DNA of 64,000 nucleotides from Giardia intestinalis (Eukaryota): NCBI GenBank assembly GCA_000002435.2, contig CM018793.1; one strand, 5' to 3'. Shown piece by piece: positions 1 to 9,876 of this stretch (position 1 is its first letter; each line of letters starts with the position of its first letter). The notes under the pieces were generated by a model. It saw only the letters and a program-made list of their open reading frames with translations, ran no database searches and was not told where the DNA came from. The position numbers and the translations under genes were made by a program.

Positions 1-1490
1 TTGTCGCCAGTGCCGTCGCCCATCACGAAGCACATGAACGCACCGGTGGATGACACCGTGCACTGCCTGCACCCAGCGAGCCCCTCAGAGCACGGATTAC
101 ACTTTGTCCCAGCACTCTGCGGTTTGTAATATCCAGTGCTGCATGTAGCACAGGCGTTAGCGTCGTTAGCAGCCGTGCATGTCTCGCAGCTAAGATGGCA
201 CCTTTTATTGGAACAATCGCCATTATCAGCCGTTAGACCACTGGCACATTTTGTACATTTTCCTCCCTGCACTGTAGTACACACTTGCTTGCCAGGCTGT
301 CTATCTGTCTGATAGCAACCGCCATCTTTGAAGAAGTAGTTATTTTCACATTGAGTGCATGCTCCATTACTCACCGTAGTGCAAAATCGTGTTCGCGTAT
401 TGGCCGCACAGTTGCCATCCAGTGGTGCCTGTTGAGTGTTCTTGCACTTTGAGCAGTATGCAGTTCCTCCTATCTGAGCCCCACACTCTGCGCATCCATC
501 GTTTGTAGAACTCACGCTGCACTGGTTCATGCACGTGCCCCCATTGGCAGGAGTATCAGCATCTGTATACTGAAGCATCCTCCCAGCAGGACAAGCCGTA
601 CACTTATCAGCGCCCTCACCCTTGCACTCTACGCACGCATCGTTGCACTTCTTGCACTTTCTGTCAGTGTCATTTCCGTAGTAGCCCTTGAGGGTCGTGC
701 AGTCAGATACGCATTGACTGGTTGGGGTGAGGTAGTACTCAGACAGACACTTTGTACAGACCTCCTTATCGGCACCTTCACTGGTGCACTCCAAACAGTG
801 CTCTGTGTTACAGTTACTGATTGGTTGGCATTCAGTCGATTCAGTATTAGGTTGGAGTCCTTCGTTGCACTCGCACACTTGGCTATCCTGTCCGGTGGCC
901 TTGGGGGTAGAGTTAGCAGGGCAACTAGCAACGCACGACTTTCTGTTGAGACCAAAGATGGTCTTCGTATCAGTCGTACACGTCTTACAAACCACTCCGT
1001 TGGCGCCTTTCTCACAAGTGGTGCAGTCAGTTGTTCCAGCCGACACACATGTATTGCACTCCTTTGCTTCTTCATCAACGTAGTGGGTTGCCGGACAACC
1101 AGCTGTGTCAACGCACGTGCCGGTTGTGGACTCGCCATCCTTCTTCAGGTACTTCTTGGTCCCAGACGTTTTACACAGGCTGCACTTCTGTTGCTCCTTG
1201 GCCACGCACACAGCGCAATTATCATCTGCACACGCGGTGCACTTCTTCTCGGTAGCGTCGATGAAGAAGCCCTCCTCATTAGTACACGCCTCTGCGCTAA
1301 CACAGCTGGGTGCATCGCCAGCTTTAAAGTAGAATCCATCAACACACTCCCCACATATATTGTCCACCACACAGCTCTTGCAATCACCCACAGAGCATGT
1401 CACACACCCACTACCACCCTTGTTGGGCTTCTTACCACTGTCACAGGCAGTACACACAGCGACAGTCATACCAGCTGTTGTTAGAGCTGT
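1..1490 (-). repeat. constant 3' block of long-class units, copy in U0 (truncated by the window edge)
   Basis: Identical secondary ORFs recur at fixed offsets in all six copies (23..223, 629..1138, 714..1484). Encodes ...CVTCSVGDCKSCVVDNICGECVDGFYFKAGDAPSC...CFVMGDGTGDNTGGSVNKSGLSTG-TM-CRGKA. Confidence 0.85.
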
Positions 1491-2921
1491 CGGGGCTGTG
1501 CACTGAGAGCAGCCATCTACTCCCACGTATGCCTTAGCGGTACCTTGAGGATCTACTAGTGTGCCAAGGGAGTTGCCACATGCCAATACAGACTGCTGAG
1601 CATTGGATGCCCCTGGTACCAGGAAGTACTTATTATTCTCATTAACAGCGGTACAGACACCGTTGGCTGCTGTCTTGCACATGGACTTACCCGGCTGAGT
1701 TGACACACTATAGCAGCCTCCCATGTACAAGAAGTATCCTGTAGTACATGATGTACATGTATGATTGTTACAGTTATTCCCCTCTTTCTTTTCATTCCCA
1801 ACACATAGTCCATTAATGGGGAACTCACTGTCCTTTCCACAGTATGAACAGTAGTGATGCTCCTTCCCTGTGTTGTCGATCACTATTGCATCGCAGGCTC
1901 CAGAAGTACCACCACAAGCCGTGGGGTCTTCACAAGTCTTCTCACACGTGACCGCTCCTCCAGCCCCTACCTTCTTTTGGTAGTTCACCTTACAAGAGTC
2001 ACAAGTAAACGAGCCAGAGAGGGTGCACGTTGCACAGCCGGGCACTCCATCTGTCGGATCGTCGCATGGGACGCACTTCTTGGCCCCGTCATTCTTTAAG
2101 AAAAACCCTGGCTTGCACTTTTCACAGGTATCTATAGCGCCTCCTGGCCCGCACTTTCCGCAATCGCCAGCGCACGCAACGCATACGGCGGGGTTACCGT
2201 TCCCGCTGTCGTAGTAGCCATCGAGGCACGTCTTGCATTCTGGCTTAGCGCCGTTCTTGCTGCAGGTCCCGCAACCGGGGCTTCCCTTGTTATTATCTGT
2301 CTTGCTGCTATCGTTGCTACATAGTATGCATTCGGCATCTCCGTCGCTCAAGAAGTTCTCACCAGTTGCTCCGCTTTGAGTGCAGGTGCCGGCGTCTATA
2401 CACGTAGTCGTCCCGTCGGCCTCTTCCTTGACTATCTTAGCTCCATTACATGCCGTGCACTTTGGGCCCCCAGTTGCCGGGTTGTACTCACACGTGGTGC
2501 AATCAGTTATTGCAGACGCCTTGCAGGTCATTGTCACAGGGTCAGCATAAGTGTTTCCAGTGCATCCATCACTATTCACGCATGCATTATCCTTCAGGAA
2601 CGTATTTCCCTTACAAGAGGTACACTGGGTCTCTGTAGTCTCACAGGTCAGACAGGACTGATCACACTTCTCACATGTCTGAGCGTTCTTATAGTATCCA
2701 TCTCTGCAGGTATCACACGTGGCCGCTCCTGGACTACCACTTGGTGCCGTACATGTGGCGCAGTTAGCCACCCCTGTATATCCATCTGCCCCATTGACAT
2801 CATGACAGAGGATGCACTCGCTACCCTTCTCTGGTGTTGCAGCCGGGTTCTTGAACAGGCCGTTATCTGCCTTACAAGCAGTGCACAGTCCTCCCTCAGC
2901 CTTTGTGCATATCTCACTCCA
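1..2921 (-). CDS. VSP-family cysteine-rich surface protein, long class, unit U0. Partial: the C-terminal TM/CRGKA end lies off-window. Headless (no ATG, no signal peptide).
   Basis: 1..2921 is colinear with and near-identical to U3 6955..9876 (same secondary ORFs 23..223=6978..7178, 629..1138=7584..8093). The minus frame (codon low ends = 0 mod 3) runs from the window edge to W codon 2921..2919, preceded by in-frame TAG 2924..2922. Body starts WSEICTKAEGGLCTACK. Absent from the ORF track only because GAG replaces the GTG the tracker used as a start elsewhere. Confidence 0.8.
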
Positions 2922-2973
2922 CTATCATACTATCACCCTCTATCACACCATTGTACAGCATTCACTACCCAAG
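2922..2973 (-). repeat. inter-unit spacer U0/U1 (52 bp): U1 poly(A) signal, degenerate CTATCAC heptamers (GTGATAG on coding strand), then in-frame TAG before the U0 body
   Basis: Plus actatcatactatcaccctctatcacaccattgtacagcattcactacccaag. Coding strand ...AATGGTGTGATAGAGGGTGATAGTATGATAGTGGAGTGAG. Confidence 0.85.
2960..2966 (-). terminator. polyadenylation signal AGTGAAT of U1 (Giardia-type AGTRAAY), within ACTTGGGTAGTGAAT overlapping the stop TGA
   Basis: Plus attcact 2960..2966. On the coding strand TGACTTGGGTAGTGAAT begins with the stop codon at 2976..2974. Matches the ACTYAGRTAGTRAAY motif known after VSP stops, with one mismatch. Confidence 0.75.
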
Positions 2974-4836
2974 TCACGCCTTCCCCCTGCACACGAACCA
3001 CCAGCAGAGGAAGCCCACGAGGCCCCCCACGACAGCGATGACAGCGACGGAGATCCCTGCTATGGCACCAGTACTGAGGCCGCTTCTGTTGCCCCCGCTG
3101 GGCTTGGTGGACACGCACGCCTCACCCTCCAGCCTGTAGTCGTCCCCGCACTGGCCGCACTTGTTCTCCTCGCTGCACCTGACGCACCCGTCGATATTGC
3201 AGGCGATGCACTTCGTTCCGTCTGTGTTCGGCCTCTGGTCTTTACTGGTACAGGCCTCGCACTTATCGCCTGCTCCACAGTGCGAGCATCCGTCAACGGT
3301 ACATGCGAAGCACCCGCTCCCAGCCAGGTTGGGCTTGTTGTTGTTGGTACACGCTGTACACACAGCAGCAGTCATACCAGTCTCAGACAGAGCTGTTGGG
3401 GCCGTGCATGCCGAACAGCCATCTACCCCCACATATGCCTTAGAGGTATCACCAGTGCCTACTAGTGTGCCAAGGGAGTTGCTACATGCCAATACAGACT
3501 GATTCTGATTGGTTGCCCCAGGGACTATGAAGTACCTATTGTTGGCATTAACAGCAGTACAGACACCGTTGGCTGCTGTCTTGCACATATGTTGTCCAGG
3601 TACTGTATCAACCTTGTAACAACCTCCCATATACAAGAAGTAGTTGTTAGTGCATTGTGTACATACACCTTGATCACATTGATTATTTGCTTTAGCACTA
3701 TTACACTTCCCATCTATAGGATACGTATTAGCTTCTCCACAGTATGAGCAATAATGATGCTCTACACCCTTATCATCAATCACTATTGCATCGCAGGCAC
3801 CAGAAGTTCCTCCACAGGCAGTATCATCTTCACAGATCTTGGTGCATGTGACAGAGCCAGTACTGCCCTCCTTGCGATAGTTAGGCTTACAGTCAGTGCA
3901 CTTGAAAGCACCGTTGTTAGAGCAGACACTGCAGCCTTCGCGACCCTTATCGTCTACGCTATCGCATGGGACGCACTTCTTCCCCTGTTGATCTGTAGTA
4001 GTTACTAAGAAGTATCCAGTCTTGCAGGTTTCACACTTATTTGGATCACCAGCAACAGAGCATGTGGCACAGTTATCACCACACTTGTCTGTACATGTAC
4101 TAGTACCACTATCAAAGAAGTATCCATCGAGACAGGCTGAGCAGGTTGGATTGTCACTTCCTGTTTTCGTACATGTCTTGCAGTTGGCCTTTCCTTCGTT
4201 ACCAAGAGTTGAATCTGTCACATCACTACAAAGAGCACACGTTTTGTCCTCCTTCATAAATAAGGCCTCGTCAGCGCCCTCGCATCCTTCAAGCGTCTTC
4301 GCCACGCAGGTCGATGTCCCGTCGAGGGCCGTCCTGGGGGTCTTATTGGTCCCGCAGTTAGTGCACTTCGGCTTCCCCGTGGCCTTGTCGAAGGAGCATG
4401 CCGTGCACTCTGCGTGTATCGTACTACATGCCTTGCATGTTCCCGACTCCGGGTCAGCATAAGTGTTTCCATCGCATCCAGTATCTTGTACACATTGATT
4501 ACTCTTCAGGTACTTCCCCTCTGGGCACGATGTACAATGATTCTGACCACTTCCATCGCAGGTCAGACAAGCGTCATTACATTTGGTACATGTCTGAGAG
4601 TTCTTGTAGTATCCATCTTGGCACTCTGTACACGTGGCAGGTCCTGGACTACTGTCTGACTTGGTACACTGTGCGCAGTTAGCCACCCCTGTATATCCAT
4701 CTGCCCCATTGACATCATGACAGAGGATGCACTCACTACCAGGCTTCTGAGGTGTAACTGGGTTCTTGAACAGGCCGTTATCTGCTTTACAAGCAGTGCA
4801 CAGTCCTCCCTCAGCCTTTGTGCATATCTCACTCCA
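2974..4836 (-). CDS. VSP-family cysteine-rich surface protein, short class (620 codons stop-to-stop), unit U1. Headless.
   Basis: Tracker ORF 2974..4686 (570 aa) ends ...[39 protein letters not shown] translated upstream by hand: the frame stays open to W codon 4836..4834 after in-frame TAG 4839..4837, giving WSEICTKAEGGLCTACKADNGLFKNPVTPQKPGSECILCHDVNGADGYTGV-ANCAQCTK... The tracker's M is a GTG codon. FLYMGGCY, KHYCSYCG and many CXXC motifs. No in-frame ATG or hydrophobic N-terminus. Confidence 0.85.
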   Translation of the reverse strand, partial: WSEICTKAEGGLCTACKADNGLFKNPVTPQKPGSECILCHDVNGADGYTGVANCAQCTKSDSSPGPATCTECQDGYYKNSQTCTKCNDACLTCDGSGQNHCTSCPEGKYLKSNQCVQDTGCDGNTYADPESGTCKACSTIHAECTACSFDKATGKPKCTNCGTNKTPRTALDGTSTCVAKTLEGCEGADEALFMKEDKTCALCSDVTDSTLGNEGKANCKTCTKTGSDNPTCSACLDGYFFDSGTSTCTDKCGDNCATCSVAGDPNKCETCKTGYFLVTTTDQQGKKCVPCDSVDDKGREGCSVCSNNGAFKCTDCKPNYRKEGSTGSVTCTKICEDDTACGGTSGACDAIVIDDKGVEHHYCSYCGEANTYPIDGKCNSAKANNQCDQGVCTQCTNNYFLYMGGCYKVDTVPGQHMCKTAANGVCTAVNANNRYFIVPGATNQNQSVLACSNSLGTLVGTGDTSKAYVGVDGCSACTAPTALSETGMTAAVCTACTNNNKPNLAGSGCFACTVDGCSHCGAGDKCEACTSKDQRPNTDGTKCIACNIDGCVRCSEENKCGQCGDDYRLEGEACVSTKPSGGNRSGLSTGAIAGISVAVIAVVGGLVGFLCWWFVCRGKA

Positions 4837-4908
4837 CTATCATACTATCATCACACTATCACCCTCTATCACACACTATCACCCATTGTACAGCATTCAC
4901 TACCCAAG
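4837..4908 (-). repeat. inter-unit spacer U1/U2 (72 bp), expanded CTATCAC heptamer tract
   Basis: Plus ctatcatactatcatcacactatcaccctctatcacacactatcacccattgtacagcattcactacccaag. About three extra heptamers compared with the U0/U1 spacer. Confidence 0.85.
4895..4901 (-). terminator. polyadenylation signal AGTGAAT of U2
   Basis: Plus attcact 4895..4901, 8 nt downstream of stop 4911..4909. Same extended motif as U1. Confidence 0.75.
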
Positions 4909-6771
4909 TCACGCCTTCCCCCTGCACACGAACCACCAGCAGAGGAAGCCCACGAGGCCCCCCACGACAGCGATGACAGCGACGGAGATCCCTGCTATGG
5001 CACCAGTACTGAGGCCGCTTCTGTTGCCCCCGCTGGGCTTGGTGGACACGCACGCCTCACCCTCCAGCCTGTAGTCGTCCCCACACTGGCCGCACTTGTT
5101 CTCCTCGCTGCACCTGACGCACCCGTCGATATTGCAGGCGATGCACTTCGTTCCGTCTGTGTTCGGCCTCTGGTCTTTACTGGTACAGGCCTCGCACTTA
5201 CCGCCTGCTCCACAGTGCGAGCATCCACTAACGGTACATGGGAAGCACCCGCTCCCAGCCAGGTTGGGCTTGTTGTTGTTGGTACACGCTGTACACACAG
5301 CAGCAGTCATACCAGTCTCAGATGGAGCTGCTGGGGCCGTACATGCCGAACAGCCATCTACCCCCACATATGCCTTAGAGGTATCACCAGTGCCTACTAG
5401 TGTGCCAAGGGAGTTGCTACATGCCAATACAGACTGATTCTGATTGGTTGCCCCAGGGACTATGAAGTACCTATTGTTGGCATTAACAGCAGTACAGACA
5501 CCGTTGGCTGCTGTCTTGCACATATGTTGTCCAGGTACTGTATCAACCTTGTAACAACCTCCCATATACAAGAAGTAGTTGTTAGTGCATTGTGTACATA
5601 CACCTTGATCACATTGATTATTTGCTTTAGCACTATTACACTTCCCATCTATAGGATACGTATTAGCTTCTCCACAGTATGAGCAATAATGATGCTCTAC
5701 ACCCTTATCATCAATCACTATTGCATCGCAGGCACCAGAAGTTCCTCCACAGGCAGTATCATCTTCACAGATCTTGGTGCATGTGACAGAGCCAGTACTG
5801 CCCTCCTTGCGATAGTTAGGCTTACAGTCAGTGCACTTGAAAGCACCGTTGTTAGAGCAGACACTGCAGCCTTCGCGACCCTTATCGTCTACGCTATCGC
5901 ATGGGACGCACTTCTTCCCCTGTTGATCTGTAGTAGTTACTAAGAAGTATCCAGTCTTGCAGGTTTCACACTTATTTGGATCACCAGCAACAGAGCATGT
6001 GGCACAGTTATCACCACACTTGTCTGTACATGTACTAGTACCACTATCAAAGAAGTATCCATCGAGACAGGCTGAGCAGGTTGGATTGTCACTTCCTGTT
6101 TTCGTACATGTCTTGCAGTTGGCCTTTCCTTCGTTACCAAGAGTTGAATCTGTCACATCACTACAAAGAGCACACGTTTTGTCCTCCTTCATAAATAAGG
6201 CCTCGTCAGCGCCCTCGCATCCTTCAAGCGTCTTCGCCACGCAGGTCGATGTCCCGTCGAGGGCCGTCCTGGGGGTCTTATTGGTCCCGCAGTTAGTGCA
6301 CTTCGGCTTCCCCGTGGCCTTGTCGAAGGAGCATGCCGTGCACTCTGCGTGTATCGTACTACATGCCTTGCATGTTCCCGACTCCGGGTCAGCATAAGTG
6401 TTTCCATCGCATCCAGTATCTTGTACACATTGATTACTCTTCAGGTACTTCCCCTCTGGGCACGATGTACAATGATTCTGACCACTTCCATCGCAGGTCA
6501 GACAAGCTTCATTACATTTGACACATGTCTGAGAGTTCTTGTAGTATCCATCTTGGCACTCTGTACACGTGGCAGGTCCTGGACTACTGTCTGACTTGGT
6601 ACACTGTGCGCAGTTAGCCACCCCTGTATATCCATCTGCCCCATTGACATCATGACAGAGGATGCACTCACTACCAGGCTTCTGAGGTGTAACTGGGTTC
6701 TTGAACAGGCCGTTATCTGCTTTACAAGCAGTGCACAGTCCTCCCTCAGCCTTTGTGCATATCTCACTCCA
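4909..6771 (-). CDS. VSP-family cysteine-rich surface protein, short class, unit U2. Tandem near-identical copy of U1. Headless.
   Basis: Tracker ORF 4909..6621 (570 aa) differs from U1 by a few substitutions (TKCND/VKCNE, TALSETG/AAPSETG, FACTVDG/FPCTVSG, GDKCE/GGKCE). The 5' flank 6622..6774 matches the U1 flank. W codon 6771..6769, TAG 6774..6772. Same CRGKA tail and GGCY motif. Confidence 0.85.
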   Translation of the reverse strand, partial: WSEICTKAEGGLCTACKADNGLFKNPVTPQKPGSECILCHDVNGADGYTGVANCAQCTKSDSSPGPATCTECQDGYYKNSQTCVKCNEACLTCDGSGQNHCTSCPEGKYLKSNQCVQDTGCDGNTYADPESGTCKACSTIHAECTACSFDKATGKPKCTNCGTNKTPRTALDGTSTCVAKTLEGCEGADEALFMKEDKTCALCSDVTDSTLGNEGKANCKTCTKTGSDNPTCSACLDGYFFDSGTSTCTDKCGDNCATCSVAGDPNKCETCKTGYFLVTTTDQQGKKCVPCDSVDDKGREGCSVCSNNGAFKCTDCKPNYRKEGSTGSVTCTKICEDDTACGGTSGACDAIVIDDKGVEHHYCSYCGEANTYPIDGKCNSAKANNQCDQGVCTQCTNNYFLYMGGCYKVDTVPGQHMCKTAANGVCTAVNANNRYFIVPGATNQNQSVLACSNSLGTLVGTGDTSKAYVGVDGCSACTAPAAPSETGMTAAVCTACTNNNKPNLAGSGCFPCTVSGCSHCGAGGKCEACTSKDQRPNTDGTKCIACNIDGCVRCSEENKCGQCGDDYRLEGEACVSTKPSGGNRSGLSTGAIAGISVAVIAVVGGLVGFLCWWFVCRGKA

Positions 6772-6822
6772 CTATCATACTATCACCCTCTATCACACAT
6801 TGTACAGCATTCACTACCCAAG
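6772..6822 (-). repeat. inter-unit spacer U2/U3 (51 bp), CTATCAC heptamers plus U3 poly(A) signal
   Basis: Plus ctatcatactatcaccctctatcacacattgtacagcattcactacccaag. Confidence 0.85.
6809..6815 (-). terminator. polyadenylation signal AGTGAAT of U3
   Basis: Plus attcact 6809..6815. Stop at 6825..6823. Confidence 0.75.
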
Positions 6823-8445
6823 TCACGCCTTCCCCCTGCACACGAACCACCAGCAGAGGAAGCCCACGAGGCCCCCCACGACAGCGATGACAGCGACGGA
6901 GATCCCTGCTATGGCACCAGTACTGAGGCCGCTCTTGTTGACGCTTCCGCCGGTGTTGTCGCCAGTGCCGTCGCCCATCACGAAGCACATGAACGCACCG
7001 GTGGATGACACCGTGCACTGCCTGCACCCAGCGAGCCCCTCAGAGCACGGATTACACTTTGTCCCAGCACTCTGCGGTTTGTAATATCCAGTGCTGCATG
7101 TAGCACAGGCGTTAGCGTCGTTAGCAGCCGTGCATGTCTCGCAGCTAAGATGGCACCTTTTATTGGAACAATCGCCATTATCAGCCGTTAGACCACTGGC
7201 ACATTTTGTACATTTTCCTCCCTGCACTGTAGTACACACTTGCTTGCCAGGCTGTCTATCTGTCTGATAGCAACCGCCATCTTTGAGGAAGTAGTTATTT
7301 TCACATTGAGTGCATGCTCCATTACTCACCGTAGTGCAAAATCGTGTTCGCGTATTGGCCGCACAGTTGCCATCCAGTGGTGCCTGTTGAGTGTTCTTGC
7401 ACTTTGAGCAGTATGCAGTTCCTCCTATCTGAGCCCCACACTCTGCGCATCCATCGTTTGTAGAACTCACGCTGCACTGGTTCATGCACGTGCCCCCATT
7501 GGCAGGAGTATCAGCATCTGTATACTGAAGCATCCTCCCAGCAGGACAAGCCGTACACTTATCAGCGCCCTCACCCTTGCACTCTACGCACGCATCGTTG
7601 CACTTCTTGCACTTTCTGTCAGTGTCATTTCCGTAGTAGCCCTTGAGGGTCGTGCAGTCAGATACGCATTGACTGGTTGGGGTGAGGTAGTACTCAGACA
7701 GACACTTTGTACAGACCTCCTTATCGGCACCTTCACTGGTGCACTCCAAACAGTGCTCTGTGTTACAGTTACTGATTGGTTGGCATTCAGTCGATTCAGT
7801 ATTAGGTTGGAGTCCTTCGTTGCACTCGCACACTTGGCTATCCTGTCCGGTGGCCTTGGGGGTAGAGTTAGCAGGGCAACTAGCAACGCACGACTTTCTG
7901 TTGAGACCAAAGATGGTCTTCGTATCAGTCGTACACGTCTTACAAACCACTCCGTTGGCGCCTTTCTCACAAGTGGTGCAGTCAGTTGTTCCAGCCGACA
8001 CACATGTATTGCACTCCTTTGCTTCTTCATCAACGTAGTGGGTTGCCGGACAACCAGCTGTGTCAACGCACGTGCCGGTTGTGGACTCGCCATCCTTCTT
8101 CAGGTACTTCTTGGTCCCAGACGTTTTACACAGGCTGCACTTCTGTTGCTCCTTGGCCACGCACACAGCGCAATTATCATCTGCACACGCGGTGCACTTC
8201 TTCTCGGTAGCGTCGATGAAGAAGCCCTCCTCATTAGTACACGCCTCTGCGCTAACACAGCTGGGTGCATCGCCAGCTTTAAAGTAGAATCCATCAACAC
8301 ACTCCCCACATATATTGTCCACCACACAGCTCTTGCAATCACCCACAGAGCATGTCACACACCCACTACCACCCTTGTTGGGCTTCTTACCACTGTCACA
8401 GGCAGTACACACAGCGACAGTCATACCAGCTGTTGTTAGAGCTGT
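6823..8445 (-). repeat. constant 3' block, copy in U3 (offset +6955 relative to U0)
   Basis: ORFs 6978..7178, 7584..8093, 7669..8439 are identical to the U0 copy. Confidence 0.85.
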
Positions 8446-9876
8446 CGGGGCTGTGCACTGAGAGCAGCCATCTACTCCCACGTATGCCTTAGCGGTACCT
8501 TGAGGATCTACTAGTGTGCCTAGGGGGTTACTACATGCCAACACGGACTGCTGAGCATTGGTTGCTTCTGGGACTACGAAGTACTTATTATTCTCACTAA
8601 CAGCTGTACAGACACCGTTGGCTGCTGTCTTGCACATGGACTTACCCGGCTGAGTTGACACACTATAGCAGCCTCCCATGTACAAGAAGTATCCTGTAGT
8701 ACATGATGTACATGTATGATTGTTACAGTTATTCCCCTCTTTCTTTTCATTCCCAACACATAGTCCATTAATGGGGAACTCACTGTCCTTTCCACAGTAT
8801 GAACAGTAGTGATGCTCCTTCCCTGTGTTGTCGATCACTATTGCATCGCAGGCTCCAGAAGTACCACCACAAGCCGTGGGGTCTTCACAAGTCTTCTCAC
8901 ACGTGACCGCTCCTCCAGCCCCTACCTTCTTTTGGTAGTTCACCTTACAAGAGTCACAAGTAAACGAGCCAGAGAGGGTGCACGTTGCACAGCCGGGCAC
9001 TCCATCTGTCGGATCGTCGCATGGGACGCACTTCTTGGCCCCGTCATTCTTTAAGAAAAACCCTGGCTTGCACTTTTCACAGGTATCTATAGCGCCTCCT
9101 GGCCCGCACTTTCCGCAATCGCCAGCGCACGCAACGCATACGGCGGGGTTACCGTTCCCGCTGTCGTAGTAGCCATCGAGGCACGTCTTGCATTCTGGCT
9201 TAGCGCCGTTCTTGCTGCAGGTCCCGCAACCGGGGCTTCCCTTGTTATTATCTGTCTTGCTGCTATCGTTGCTACATAGTATGCATTCGGCATCTCCGTC
9301 GCTCAAGAAGTTCTCACCAGTTGCTCCGCTTTGAGTGCAGGTGCCGGCGTCTATACACGTAGTCGTCCCGTCGGCCTCTTCCTTGACTATCTTAGCTCCA
9401 TTACATGCCGTGCACTTTGGGCCCCCAGTTGCCGGGTTGTACTCACACGTGGTGCAATCAGTTATTGCAGACGCCTTGCAGGTCATTGTCACAGGGTCAG
9501 CATAAGTGTTTCCAGTGCATCCATCACTATTCACGCATGCATTATCCTTCAGGAACGTATTTCCCTTACAAGAGGTACAGTGGGTCGCCTCAGTCTCACA
9601 GGTGGCACAGTTCCCTTGGCACTTCTCACATGTCTGAGCGTTCTTATAGTATCCATCTCTGCAGGTATCACACGTGGCAGGTCCTGGACTACCACTTGGT
9701 GCCGTACATGTGGCGCAGTTAGCCACCCCTGTATATCCATCTGCCCCATTGACATCATGACAGAGGATGCACTCGCTACCCTTCTCTGGTGTTGCAGCCG
9801 GGTTCTTGAACAGGCCGTTATCTGCCTTACAAGCAGTGCACACTCCACTACTGGCCTTTGTGCATATCACACTCCA
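6823..9876 (-). CDS. VSP-family cysteine-rich surface protein, long class (1017 codons), unit U3. Headless.
   Basis: Tracker ORF 6823..9870 (1015 aa). Reverse complement of 9879..9862 is TAG TGG AGT GTG ATA TGC, i.e. in-frame stop then WSVICTK. The tracker's M is GTG. CRGKA tail, GGCY, ~1.45-kb constant 3' block. Confidence 0.88.
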   Translation of the reverse strand, partial: WSVICTKASSGVCTACKADNGLFKNPAATPEKGSECILCHDVNGADGYTGVANCATCTAPSGSPGPATCDTCRDGYYKNAQTCEKCQGNCATCETEATHCTSCKGNTFLKDNACVNSDGCTGNTYADPVTMTCKASAITDCTTCEYNPATGGPKCTACNGAKIVKEEADGTTTCIDAGTCTQSGATGENFLSDGDAECILCSNDSSKTDNNKGSPGCGTCSKNGAKPECKTCLDGYYDSGNGNPAVCVACAGDCGKCGPGGAIDTCEKCKPGFFLKNDGAKKCVPCDDPTDGVPGCATCTLSGSFTCDSCKVNYQKKVGAGGAVTCEKTCEDPTACGGTSGACDAIVIDNTGKEHHYCSYCGKDSEFPINGLCVGNEKKEGNNCNNHTCTSCTTGYFLYMGGCYSVSTQPGKSMCKTAANGVCTAVSENNKYFVVPEATNAQQSVLACSNPLGTLVDPQGTAKAYVGVDGCSQCTAPTALTTAGMTVAVCTACDSGKKPNKGGSGCVTCSVGDCKSCVVDNICGECVDGFYFKAGDAPSCVSAEACTNEEGFFIDATEKKCTACADDNCAVCVAKEQQKCSLCKTSGTKKYLKKDGESTTGTCVDTAGCPATHYVDEEAKECNTCVSAGTTDCTTCEKGANGVVCKTCTTDTKTIFGLNRKSCVASCPANSTPKATGQDSQVCECNEGLQPNTESTECQPISNCNTEHCLECTSEGADKEVCTKCLSEYYLTPTSQCVSDCTTLKGYYGNDTDRKCKKCNDACVECKGEGADKCTACPAGRMLQYTDADTPANGGTCMNQCSVSSTNDGCAECGAQIGGTAYCSKCKNTQQAPLDGNCAANTRTRFCTTVSNGACTQCENNYFLKDGGCYQTDRQPGKQVCTTVQGGKCTKCASGLTADNGDCSNKRCHLSCETCTAANDANACATCSTGYYKPQSAGTKCNPCSEGLAGCRQCTVSSTGAFMCFVMGDGTGDNTGGSVNKSGLSTGAIAGISVAVIAVVGGLVGFLCWWFVCRGKA

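Noticed and set aside
629-1138. Minus-strand ORFs in alternative frames (629..1138 169 aa MASPQPARAL..., 1145..1387, 1556..1840 and copies)
   Set aside because: They overlap the true VSP frame on the same strand, carry no Cys-rich or VSP signature, and are duplicated at the same offsets as the constant block. These are frame artefacts.
2922-2973. Spacers as introns, or the array as one spliced or polyprotein gene
   Set aside because: Each CRGKA is followed at once by TGA and the poly(A) motif. The spacers lack the Giardia intron ends (GTATGT ... ACTAAC...AG) and are followed by an in-frame stop, not an acceptor. Nothing in the sequence supports stop-codon readthrough.
9868-9870. The initial M of the tracker ORFs (MICTKASSG, MANCAQC, MTPGGEC, MAKTLEG...)
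   Set aside because: The reverse complement shows these are GTG (Val) codons chosen by a bacterial-style start rule, e.g. 9870..9868 GTG ATA TGC. The real open frame extends upstream to a TAG or TGA. These are not initiation codons in a eukaryote.
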